From Geotalea daltonii FRC-32 (GTDB lineage Bacteria > Desulfobacterota > Desulfuromonadia > Geobacterales > Geobacteraceae): a stretch of DNA of 32,000 nucleotides. The notes under the pieces are model-generated. The model had not been told where the DNA came from. It worked only from the letters and a program-made list of their open reading frames with translations, and did not search any database. Below are positions 22,308 to 30,484 of this stretch, piece by piece. Location: contig NC_011979.1 in NCBI RefSeq assembly GCF_000022265.1, positions 1,260,001 to 1,292,000 of the forward strand, given 5' to 3'. How positions within the stretch are numbered: the first letter of the stretch is position 1; each line of letters opens with the position of its first letter. The position numbers and the translations under genes are program-made.

Positions 22308-24992
22308 ATGGGTGCAGGAGAAACAAAATTGGCTTTTTTTAAATGGTATTCCATAAGAATAAAGCTTCTTGGCATCATGTTGCTGTCCGGATTACCGCTG
22401 GTGTTGGCGGTGGGTTCGCTTCTGCATGGCAATTTCAAGGGAGCTTACCGTGAATCTGAGCATGCGGCTATCGTAACTGCACAAGCCATTGCCTACCGCC
22501 ATAATGCCCAGGTCGAGGGGCTGCGCCACCTTTTAGTCGCCCTGGCCCAGCATCCTGATATCAAAGCAAGGAATAGGGGCGCATGCGCTCGGATTCTCCA
22601 GGAAATAATGAGCCAGGGTTCTTCCAGCTCCAATATCGGCATTGCCGATACCAAGGGCAACCTGATTGCCTCGGGAACCCGCTCGCTGGCGCCTGACTTC
22701 AACATCCTGGACCGGAAGTATTTCCGGGATGCCCTTCGAAACAGGCGCTTCAGCGTTGGGGAGTTTGCCATCAGCAGGACTTTGGGAAAGGCTTCGCTGC
22801 ATTTTGCCTTGCCGGTCCTTGATGCGTCCGGAGAGCCGCAGGCTGTAATTTTTGCCATACAGGACTTGAACCAGTTTGACACTTTCTTCAACCTGCAGGG
22901 ATTTCCGGCCGATTGCAACCTTACCCTTTCCGATCACAGGGGGATGATCATCTACACCTATCCTGGCGTAAGAGGGTTGAAAGTCGGCAGTCCCGACAGG
23001 CTGGAGATTACCGGAATGTTGCATGGTGGCGGGGATGAAGGGACCTTTGTCAAGATAGGCCTGGACGGGGTGAAGAAGCTGTTCGCCTTCAAAAAAATCA
23101 GGCTGGAACAAGATGGGGAACCCTACATGTACATCCGGATTACCATCCCCCATGAAGTGGCCATGGCTGACGCAAACCGGTTTATCCTCACTTCTGTGGC
23201 AGTGCTTTTCCTTGCCACACTGTTAACCATAGCTCTAAGCAGTCTGCTGGCAGGCCGGTATCTGACAACGCCCCTGGAGCAGCTGTCGTCGGCAGCCCGG
23301 GAGGTGGCTCATGGCAATCTCTCCGTCAGGACTGCTCTTCCCTCCCATGACGAGTTGGGCTTCCTCTCCCGTTCCTTTGATGCCATGACAGAAGCCCTGA
23401 GCGCAAGACTGCAGGAAAAAGATGCGGCTGAAGCACAGCTCAAGGTAAGTGAGGAGAAATTCAGGGCAATTTTCGATCACCTAAGCGATGCAATTTTTAT
23501 TCATGAAATCGGCAATGGCCGGATCATCGATGTGAACTATGCCATGTGCGATATGTATGGATATACTGCGACAGAGGCCATTAAATTGACTATTCAGGAG
23601 ATAAGCCAGGGTGAGCCTCCCTATTCGGCAACAGAGGCGATGCAGTTCATGCAGCTTGCCGGAGATGGCGAGCCACAGCTCTTCGAATGGCATGCCAGGC
23701 ACCATGATGGTTCCTTTTTCTGGGTGGAAGTGAGCATGCGCCGGGCGGCGGTCGGTGAAACGGATGCCATCGTTGTCCTGGCCCGCGACATTTCTGAACG
23801 CAAAGCTGCAGAAGCTGAAAAGAAAACTCTGCTGGAGCAGCTCAACCAGTCCCAGAAGATGGAATCAGTCGGCCGGCTGGCTGGCGGTATTGCCCATGAC
23901 TTCAACAACCTGTTGACCCCCATCATTGGCTTTGCCGAGCTGGCGGCACAAGAAATTCCCGAAAATGGCACTACCAAGGCAAAGATCGACCGGATCGTCC
24001 AAGCCGCTTTGCGGGCCAAGGATCTGGTCCACCAGCTTTTGAGCTTCAGCCGGAAGCAAATTCTCGACATGAAGATCATCGATCTCAATGTGGTCATCTC
24101 CTCATTTTATCAGATACTGCGCAGGACCATCAGCGAACGCATCGAGATCCGACTGCAACTTTTTCCCGGACTTGGCGGAATACGTGCCGACAGGACCAAT
24201 GTGGAGCAAATTCTCATGAATCTGCTGGTCAACGCCCAGGATGCCATAGACGGTGCAGGTACGGTCACCATCGAGACGGGGGAAGTCGTACTTGATGATG
24301 AATATGCGCGGTTTCATGCCGAAGCCGTGCCGGGACGTTATGCCCTGCTTGCCGTGACCGACACCGGCAACGGCATAGCCAAAGGGGACCTGCCCCATAT
24401 ATTCGAGCCGTTTTTCACTACGAAGATGACCGGCAAAGGCTCCGGTTTGGGGCTGGCGACGGTATACGGCATAGTGAAGCAGCATCACGGCAATATCTGG
24501 GCCTATTCCGAGGAAGGGCAGGGGACGGTCTTCAAGATGTATTTTCCCATGACAGAAGCTATGCCCTATCTGGCTGATGAAAAACCGATAGAGCAGGTTG
24601 ACAGGGGGAGGACCCAGGGCGTTATCCTACTGGTGGAGGATAACGAACTGGTGCGGACCATGCTAAAGGAACTTCTGCTTGGCATCGGCTACGATGTTCT
24701 GGATGCCGAGCATCCGCGCCAGGCGATCCTGTTGGCCGAGGGTCGGCAGATCGACCTGCTGCTTACCGATGTCATCATGCCTGACATGGACGGACCGGAG
24801 CTGCATAGAAGACTGCTTGCCGCATATCCCGGTTTGAGAGTTATCTTCATGTCCGGATATACCGACAATGTGGTTGTGCAACTGGTGAAAGAGGTGCAAA
24901 TGGCCAATTTTATTCAGAAGCCTTTCACTGTCCATGATATCGTCGAGCGCGTTGCGGCCATGATGGCCGCGGCGCAACGCCCAGTCAGCTGA
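22308..24992 (+). CDS. Hybrid sensor histidine kinase / response regulator (Cache-like periplasmic domain, HAMP, PAS, HisKA, HATPase_c, REC)
   Basis: 894 aa. Two TM segments flank a periplasmic region of about 250 aa. The HAMP region includes [24 protein letters not shown]...[17 protein letters not shown] domain follows ([15 protein letters not shown]...). The H-box is [14 protein letters not shown]. The N/G boxes are [15 protein letters not shown] and [13 protein letters not shown]. The receiver is [11 protein letters not shown]...[13 protein letters not shown]...FMSGY. Confidence 0.92.
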   Translation: MGAGETKLAFFKWYSIRIKLLGIMLLSGLPLVLAVGSLLHGNFKGAYRESEHAAIVTAQAIAYRHNAQVEGLRHLLVALAQHPDIKARNRGACARILQEIMSQGSSSSNIGIADTKGNLIASGTRSLAPDFNILDRKYFRDALRNRRFSVGEFAISRTLGKASLHFALPVLDASGEPQAVIFAIQDLNQFDTFFNLQGFPADCNLTLSDHRGMIIYTYPGVRGLKVGSPDRLEITGMLHGGGDEGTFVKIGLDGVKKLFAFKKIRLEQDGEPYMYIRITIPHEVAMADANRFILTSVAVLFLATLLTIALSSLLAGRYLTTPLEQLSSAAREVAHGNLSVRTALPSHDELGFLSRSFDAMTEALSARLQEKDAAEAQLKVSEEKFRAIFDHLSDAIFIHEIGNGRIIDVNYAMCDMYGYTATEAIKLTIQEISQGEPPYSATEAMQFMQLAGDGEPQLFEWHARHHDGSFFWVEVSMRRAAVGETDAIVVLARDISERKAAEAEKKTLLEQLNQSQKMESVGRLAGGIAHDFNNLLTPIIGFAELAAQEIPENGTTKAKIDRIVQAALRAKDLVHQLLSFSRKQILDMKIIDLNVVISSFYQILRRTISERIEIRLQLFPGLGGIRADRTNVEQILMNLLVNAQDAIDGAGTVTIETGEVVLDDEYARFHAEAVPGRYALLAVTDTGNGIAKGDLPHIFEPFFTTKMTGKGSGLGLATVYGIVKQHHGNIWAYSEEGQGTVFKMYFPMTEAMPYLADEKPIEQVDRGRTQGVILLVEDNELVRTMLKELLLGIGYDVLDAEHPRQAILLAEGRQIDLLLTDVIMPDMDGPELHRRLLAAYPGLRVIFMSGYTDNVVVQLVKEVQMANFIQKPFTVHDIVERVAAMMAAAQRPVS

Positions 24993-26022
24993 AGAGGCGA
25001 TTTTCCTGTTCCTGAACGCGGATGAAAGTGGTGCGCTTGGTCAGTTCCCGCAGCGCTTCTGCTCCCACATAGGTACAGGCAGAGCGCACTCCGCCGAGAA
25101 TGTCTTTCACCGTTTCCGCTATGGGACCGCGATAGGGGACTTCGACCGTTTTGCCTTCCGAAGCGCGATATGCAGCCACTCCGCCGGCATGCCTGGCCAT
25201 GGCTGTCTTTGAACTCATTCCGTAGAACAATTTGTACTGCTGCCCACCTCGCTCTACCAGCTGACCGCCGCTTTCGTCGTGACCGGCAAGCATGCCGCCA
25301 AGCATGGTAAAATCAGCGCCGCCCCCGAAGGCTTTGGCGATGTCGCCGGGGCAGGTGCAGCCGCCATCGGAAATGATCCGGCCCCCGAGGCCATGGGCGG
25401 CATCGGCGCATTCGATGACTGCCGAGAGCTGAGGGTAACCGACACCTGCTTTAGTTCTGGTAGTGCATGCCGAACCGGGGCCGATTCCCACCTTGACCAC
25501 ATCGGCGCCGGAGAGAAGCAGTTCCTCGACCATTTCGCCGGTTACCACATTGCCGGCGACAATGGTTTTATCCGGATAGGCTTCTCTGACGCGGCTGAGA
25601 AAGGCGACAAAGCTTTCGGAGTAGCCGTTGGCCACGTCGATGCAAATGAACTCCAACTGGGGATGATTGCCGGCAATTTTGGCCAGCTTGCCGAAGTCGT
25701 CATCGGAGGTGCCGGTGCAGACCATGATCCTGGAATAGATGCGACTGTCACAGTCCTTGAGGAAGTTTTGCCAGTCGGCAGGGGTATAATGCTTGTGGAT
25801 GGCGGTGAGCATGTTGTGTTCTGCCAGCACCCCGGCCACTTCAAAGGTGCCGATGGTGTCCATGTTGGCAGCGATGATCGGTACGCCGGTCCACTGCCTT
25901 TTACTGTGGAGAAAGGTGAAGGTCCTTTCCATTTTCACCTGGGCACGGCTCTTCAGATTCGACCGCTTCGGTCTGATCAGCACATCCTTGAAGCCCAGTT
26001 TCAGATCCGTCTCAACCCGCAT
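24985..26022 (-). CDS. guaC: GMP reductase
   Basis: 345 aa with RBS AAGGGGGGTG. The N-terminus [29 protein letters not shown]...[15 protein letters not shown] closely matches E. coli GuaC. An IMPDH/GMPR-type catalytic Cys region is present ([11 protein letters not shown]). Confidence 0.93.
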   Translation of the reverse strand: MRVETDLKLGFKDVLIRPKRSNLKSRAQVKMERTFTFLHSKRQWTGVPIIAANMDTIGTFEVAGVLAEHNMLTAIHKHYTPADWQNFLKDCDSRIYSRIMVCTGTSDDDFGKLAKIAGNHPQLEFICIDVANGYSESFVAFLSRVREAYPDKTIVAGNVVTGEMVEELLLSGADVVKVGIGPGSACTTRTKAGVGYPQLSAVIECADAAHGLGGRIISDGGCTCPGDIAKAFGGGADFTMLGGMLAGHDESGGQLVERGGQQYKLFYGMSSKTAMARHAGGVAAYRASEGKTVEVPYRGPIAETVKDILGGVRSACTYVGAEALRELTKRTTFIRVQEQENRLFS

Positions 26023-26130
26023 CCTGCACCCCCCTTGATTGTTGGAACCTTCTGCAGAGATTTATACAGTACCCATTTTACCTCAAGGTGGTGCATAATC
26101 ACGTGGATTTCTACCGTGGAGGAATTGCCC

Positions 26131-26862
26131 ATGGAGCAATACCGGGAAAATGATCTTGTGGATGCCTGCCGCTTGCTGTTCGGTGCTCATACGGGTGTGA
26201 ACAGGGATTTTCTGAAGTACATGCAGCCCGATGGCCTGCGCCGGGCCTATCGTAGGCGGGCACGTGAATTCCATCCCGATGTGGCGCCTGCCACTGCCGA
26301 CCAGGCAAGGCGTAACGAGCTGTTTCGTCGTTCTGTCGAAGCCTATGAGCTTTTGACTGTCTACCTGCAGCAGCGCCGGGTAACCGTGGCACCGCCGCGT
26401 CCAAAGCCGCAAAGGTGCTCCCGGCCGAATCCATGCCAGGACCGGACTGCCAATGAAAGGTACTACAGCGGCCTTTTTCCGTCGGTGGAGCTGAAGATAG
26501 GCCTCTTCCTCTATTACCGGGGGCATATTTCATACCAGTCGCTGGTCCGCTCGCTTCTGTGGCAGCGTGAGCAGCGACCTCCGCTGGGGGAATTGGCCTG
26601 CAAGTGGGGCTGGTTGAAGGAAGAAGCAATTCCGGTGATACTCAAAGCAACATTTATTCCCGGCTTTTTTGGCGAACGGGCGGTAAAGATGGGATTTCTC
26701 AAGGAACAGCAGCTCCGGGTCCTGCTCTTTCATCAGCGTTCGCTGCATCAGCCCATAGGCCGCTACTTCGTCACCAACGGGCTGATTACTGAAGACCTGC
26801 TTCGCCGGTCATTGCGGGAATGCGCCATACACAACAGGAAGGTGTGTGAAGGCCGCAGTTAG
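26131..26862 (+). CDS. J-domain (DnaJ-like) protein with a C-terminal domain of three MshEN/T2SSE_N-like motifs
   Basis: The real start is probably the ATG at 26131, after GGAGGA with an 8-nt spacing. The upstream part of the 527-aa track ORF is antisense to guaC. The J-domain is LRRAYRRRAREFHPDVAP...LFRRSVEAYELL, with the HPD triad. A Pro/Arg-rich linker follows, then the repeats PLGELACKWGWLKEEAIPVILKAT, FFGERAVKMGFLKEQQLRVLLFHQ and PIGRYFVTNGLITEDLLRRSLREC. Confidence 0.7.
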   Translation: MEQYRENDLVDACRLLFGAHTGVNRDFLKYMQPDGLRRAYRRRAREFHPDVAPATADQARRNELFRRSVEAYELLTVYLQQRRVTVAPPRPKPQRCSRPNPCQDRTANERYYSGLFPSVELKIGLFLYYRGHISYQSLVRSLLWQREQRPPLGELACKWGWLKEEAIPVILKATFIPGFFGERAVKMGFLKEQQLRVLLFHQRSLHQPIGRYFVTNGLITEDLLRRSLRECAIHNRKVCEGRS

Positions 26863-26987
26863 TTCGGAGGCTCGGCCGGCACCACTCCTGTAAAACATTG
26901 GTTTGAAATAAGCCAAGTCTTTCTTTACCCTCCCACGTCCTTGTGCTAGGATGCCCTGACCGTCGCATGCACGGTTCAGGAGGGGGA

Positions 26988-28235
26988 ATGCCCGATCAGC
27001 AAACGCGCCGCCAGCGGTGGATAATCTTCTCCGTGCTGGCACTCATGTACATCCTCGTATACTTTTATCGCGTATCACTGGCGGTCGTTGCGGGAGACAT
27101 CTCCAGGGAACTCAGCCTCACACCGCAGCAGCTCGGCTCACTTTCCGGCATCCTTTTCTATGTCTATGCAGTGGCCCAGATTCCGCTGGGGCCCATGATC
27201 GACAGGCTGGGCAGCCGCCTGGTCATCAGCGGCTGCGGTGTCCTCACCGCCATCGGCGGCATCCTCTTCTCCCAGGCAGAGACTCTCTCCACGGCCATGG
27301 CGGCGCGGGTTCTGATCGGCATCGGCACCGCCTCGGTGCTCATGGCCACCTTCACTATTTTCAGCCACTGGTTCAGCAAGCAGGAGTTCGGCCGCGTTTC
27401 CGGTTTCATGGTCGCCGTGGGCAACCTGGGAAACCTTTCGGCGACGGCCCCCCTGGCGCTGGCGGTGGCGGCTTTCGGCTGGCGCAACTCTTTCCTCATT
27501 ATCGGCATAGGGCAGGCACTGGTAACGATGCTGGTTTACACTATGGCCAAAGATAGACCTGCCAAGGCTGTTTCCGCCGAACCTTCCAGTACGGCAACCC
27601 AGTCCCTGGGCTTGTTGGCTGCCTGGAGACAGATTTTTTCCAGCCGTGATTTTTGGCTCCTGGCGGTCATTTCGTTTTTCTGGTATGGCAACTATCTGGC
27701 GCTGCAGGGTTTGTGGGGGGGGCCTTACCTGATGGAGGTGATGGGGCTTTCCCGTGCCGCTACTGGTAAGATGCTGATGTTCACCTCGTTGGGCTTCATC
27801 AGCGGCAGCATGGTCACGGATACCATCGCTCGTAAATTCTTTCATTCCTATAAAAAGACGCTGCTGGTCGGGCAGATGGTCCTGCTGGTGCTCATGTGCG
27901 CATTTTTCGGCATAGCCGAACTGCTGCCGCTGCCGGTTCTGGCGGTACTTTTCTATGCCATCGGCCTGGCAGTATCGAGCGGCGTGATGATCTATCCCAT
28001 CGTCCGCTCCATGTTTCCGGTTACCATCGTCGGCACAGCGCTTACCTCCCTCAATTTCTTCGTTCTGATGGGGGCAGCAATGACCCAGCACGTCATGGGG
28101 CTGGTCGTCGGGGGGCTGAAACAGGGGGCAGGGGGAATACCGCAGGCATTCCATGGGGCCTTCGTCTTTCCGGTGGCAGGGCTGGCCGTTGCCATTTTTC
28201 TCTTTTTCTTTGCCATGGATTATTCCGAGGTATGA
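26988..28235 (+). CDS. MFS transporter
   Basis: The preferred start is the ATG at 26988, after AGGAGGGGGA. About 12 hydrophobic segments are visible. The MFS loop motif PLGPMIDRLGSR lies between TM2 and TM3. Confidence 0.85.
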   Translation: MPDQQTRRQRWIIFSVLALMYILVYFYRVSLAVVAGDISRELSLTPQQLGSLSGILFYVYAVAQIPLGPMIDRLGSRLVISGCGVLTAIGGILFSQAETLSTAMAARVLIGIGTASVLMATFTIFSHWFSKQEFGRVSGFMVAVGNLGNLSATAPLALAVAAFGWRNSFLIIGIGQALVTMLVYTMAKDRPAKAVSAEPSSTATQSLGLLAAWRQIFSSRDFWLLAVISFFWYGNYLALQGLWGGPYLMEVMGLSRAATGKMLMFTSLGFISGSMVTDTIARKFFHSYKKTLLVGQMVLLVLMCAFFGIAELLPLPVLAVLFYAIGLAVSSGVMIYPIVRSMFPVTIVGTALTSLNFFVLMGAAMTQHVMGLVVGGLKQGAGGIPQAFHGAFVFPVAGLAVAIFLFFFAMDYSEV

Positions 28236-28247
28236 GGCGAGTTCTTT

Positions 28248-28472
28248 TCAGCGGAGAGGTTCGAACAGGTATTCAAGGCCATTGACCTTGATCTCGTAGA
28301 TGGTGCGCAGCTGTTCGCCCAGTTTTCCTTCGGGAAAGCCCTGCCCGGCAAACCAGACCACATAAGGCTCCGGAAGATCGATTAGCCGCACTCCCTGGTA
28401 TTTGCCGAAGGGCATGCGGGCCCTGGCCAGTTCCAGCAGGGCATGGTGGTTCAAAGCAGGTGACTCTGTCAC
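28248..28472 (-). CDS. DUF3820-family protein
   Basis: 74 aa with a GTG start. MPFGKYQGVRLIDLPEPYVVWFAGQGFPEGKLGEQL...EIKVNGLEYLFEPL matches my recollection of the DUF3820 family. The start overlaps the Dus stop (GTGA), suggesting translational coupling. Confidence 0.7.
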   Translation of the reverse strand: MTESPALNHHALLELARARMPFGKYQGVRLIDLPEPYVVWFAGQGFPEGKLGEQLRTIYEIKVNGLEYLFEPLR

Positions 28473-29470
28473 TGAAGTTCCTCCAGTGCCGTCACGAAAG
28501 CCCCGATCGTTTTCGTCTTCCTCAACCGTTTGACCGGTTTCTCCAGGTGGGGATCATTGATGAAATGGAGTACTTCCTTTATCTTGGCAAGAACCTGCGC
28601 CTCGCCACAGAATAGCTTTCCATAGCGTGCCAGCAGTTCCAGCAGATAGCTTTGCAGCATCGCCGACCGGTCATGCTGATCGGGCTCACTGGGGGCCGAC
28701 TGCCGCAACCTCTGAAAAATGAAGGGGTCGGCTATGGCTCCCCTGCCGAGCATGAGGCCCGCGGCGCCTGTCTCCTCAAGGAGTTGTAGCCCTGCCGAGG
28801 CCGTGCGGATGTCACCGTTGGCTATGACCGGTATCTCCGTTTCCCTGACGACGCGGGCGGTAATGGCATGATCGGCCAGTCCCTGGTATTGCTGCAGCAC
28901 GGTCCGTGGATGAAGGACGAGAAAGTCTACCTTCGCCGCTTCAAAAAGAGGGAGCAGGCGAAGGATTTGCTCCGGGTCGTCGTATCCTGCCCGCATTTTC
29001 AACGAAAAAGTGCCCTTGATCACCCGGCGCAGGGAGGGGATTATCTCGGATAGTACTTCAGGGTGACGGAGCAGACCACCGCCGGTAGGGCCTGAAGTCA
29101 TGCGGCCATAGGGACAGCCCATGTTCAGGTTGATGTGAATCGCTCCGGTTGCCTGGGCAGCCTCGGCAGCGGATACGAGGGCATCCCTGCCATGACCGAT
29201 CAGCTGCACCACCAGAGGCACGTCCTTTTCTGCGGCTGCCATTTCCTTGAGATCGCCGGCAGAAATGCGACGAACGGGGGCAGCGGCATTGACCCTGATG
29301 AACTCGGTAAAGACGGTGTCAGGCCTTACTAACTCGATAAAGAGGGAGCGCATGGCCCGGTTGGTCACTCCCTGCATGGGGGCGAGCATCAGCGGCCTCT
29401 TCCCCGGTTGCCAGGGAAGAGGTTGATGTTCAGAAAATCCGTTACAGGATCTCGACAAGCTCGAATTCAT
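28469..29470 (-). CDS. tRNA-dihydrouridine synthase (Dus family)
   Basis: Motifs: LMLAPMQGVTNRAMRSLF, catalytic NLNMGCP, and LHPRT...IPVIANGDI...MLGRGAI. The ATG at 29470 overlaps the slyD-like gene by 29 nt. An alternative ATG at 29389 (MLAPMQG) follows GGGGAAGAGG. Confidence 0.85.
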   Translation of the reverse strand: MNSSLSRSCNGFSEHQPLPWQPGKRPLMLAPMQGVTNRAMRSLFIELVRPDTVFTEFIRVNAAAPVRRISAGDLKEMAAAEKDVPLVVQLIGHGRDALVSAAEAAQATGAIHINLNMGCPYGRMTSGPTGGGLLRHPEVLSEIIPSLRRVIKGTFSLKMRAGYDDPEQILRLLPLFEAAKVDFLVLHPRTVLQQYQGLADHAITARVVRETEIPVIANGDIRTASAGLQLLEETGAAGLMLGRGAIADPFIFQRLRQSAPSEPDQHDRSAMLQSYLLELLARYGKLFCGEAQVLAKIKEVLHFINDPHLEKPVKRLRKTKTIGAFVTALEELQ

Positions 29471-29945
29471 AAGTTATATCTTCACCTGCCAGGGGATGGT
29501 TGGCGTCCAGCAGCACCGCATCGTTTGTTACCTCTACTACCGTGACTTCCAGCACCTCATCGTCGTCGCTCGTGAATTCCAGTTCCTGGCCCACTTCCGG
29601 GGTAATGTCGGCAGGGATCTGGTCGCGGCCGATGCTGAAGACCTTTTCTTCATCATACTCGCCAAATGCGTCTGCTGCAGTGATGGTGAGCTTTTTCCGT
29701 TCTCCGGGAGTCATGCCGACCAGCGCTTCTTCTATCTGAGGGAAAAATTCTTCCTTACCGATCACGAGCTCCATTGGACCCGTTTCACAGCTGCAGCCGT
29801 CGTCATCACAGCCGCAGCCGTCGTCATCGCAGCCGCAGTCGTGTGAATGATCGTGATCTTCATAGGTGGTGTCGATTACGGTACCATCCTCCAGGGTGCC
29901 GGTGAAGTTGATCTTCACCTTATCTCCGTTTTTTGCCAATGCCAT
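29442..29945 (-). CDS. slyD: SlyD-type FKBP peptidyl-prolyl isomerase with IF chaperone insert and an internal Cys/Asp/His-rich metal-binding-like cluster
   Basis: 167 aa. The FKBP N-terminus is GDKVKINFTGTLEDGTVIDTT. An IF-domain-like segment is present (FGEYDEEKVFSIGRDQIP...LEVTVVEVTNDAVLLDANHPLAGEDITYEFELVEI). Between them lies YEDHDHSHDCGCDDDGCGCDDDGCSCETG. Confidence 0.8.
   Translation of the reverse strand: MALAKNGDKVKINFTGTLEDGTVIDTTYEDHDHSHDCGCDDDGCGCDDDGCSCETGPMELVIGKEEFFPQIEEALVGMTPGERKKLTITAADAFGEYDEEKVFSIGRDQIPADITPEVGQELEFTSDDDEVLEVTVVEVTNDAVLLDANHPLAGEDITYEFELVEIL
29793..29843. repeat. 21-bp tandem repeat (about 2.4 copies) inside the slyD-like gene, encoding the GCDDDGC units
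   Basis: GCAGCCGTCGTCATCACAGCC (29793-29813), GCAGCCGTCGTCATCGCAGCC (29814-29834), then the partial copy GCAGTCGTG. Confidence 0.85.
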
Positions 29946-30161
29946 ACCAGTCCTTCCTCTTCCAATAAATTTGCCAGCCTTGAAGACTAAACTCTAAGGG
30001 TTGCGTCTCCAGAAATCCAGCAAAATCTTGATGGTTGAAGAGATTGACAGGTAAAATAATTTAATAAACACCGTCGCCATGCCGATATTTCAAAGAAGGA
30101 CTGCAAGTCTCAGGACTGCTTGAAGCTGATAATTTTGACAGCGTTTGGATAAGGGGCATTG

Positions 30162-30440
30162 ATGCCGGAGCCACAACGGTATGAGAGGATAGAGGTCGCC
30201 CTGAAGATCAGGATTGCCTGGCCCGACAAGGGTACGGTCATCGGCACCACCAGATATGTCAGTGATGACGAGACACTCCTTGTTGCCGATTTTGACGAGG
30301 TGCCTGCACCCGGGACGGAAATGCTGCTGCAGTTGGACTGCACCGTTCTTGAACGGGAGGCGCCAATAGTTAAGGCAACGGTGCTGCGGGCAGAGGGGCG
30401 GGAGATAATTTTTCGCCTGCCCGTTGAAAATGCCGGCTGA
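30162..30440 (+). CDS. Small PilZ-like protein with degenerate motifs
   Basis: ATG at 30162 follows AAGGGG; the track begins at TTG 30159. It is 92 aa with a beta-rich pattern: RYERIEVALKIRIAWPDKGTVIGTTRYVSDDETLLV...GTEMLLQL...KATVLRAEGREIIFRL. This resembles PilZ topology, but the canonical RxxxR and D/NxSxxG motifs are not intact. Confidence 0.35.
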   Translation: MPEPQRYERIEVALKIRIAWPDKGTVIGTTRYVSDDETLLVADFDEVPAPGTEMLLQLDCTVLEREAPIVKATVLRAEGREIIFRLPVENAG

Positions 30441-30484
30441 TCAAGGAACTTGCCGGCTGTCTGCCGGCGTAGGGAAGGAAAGGA

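Noticed and set aside
24985-24992. 8-bp convergent overlap of the sensor kinase and guaC 3' ends with no terminator
   Set aside because: Short convergent overlaps are common in compact high-GC genomes. Nothing in the sequence suggests a specific antisense regulatory mechanism.
25279-26130. N-terminal 284 codons of the 527-aa plus-strand ORF
   Set aside because: This part is antisense to guaC and has no J-domain-related or other motifs. A good SD plus ATG at 26131 begins the recognisable J-domain protein.
27138-28154. 338-aa minus-strand ORF
   Set aside because: It is antisense to the second MFS transporter gene.
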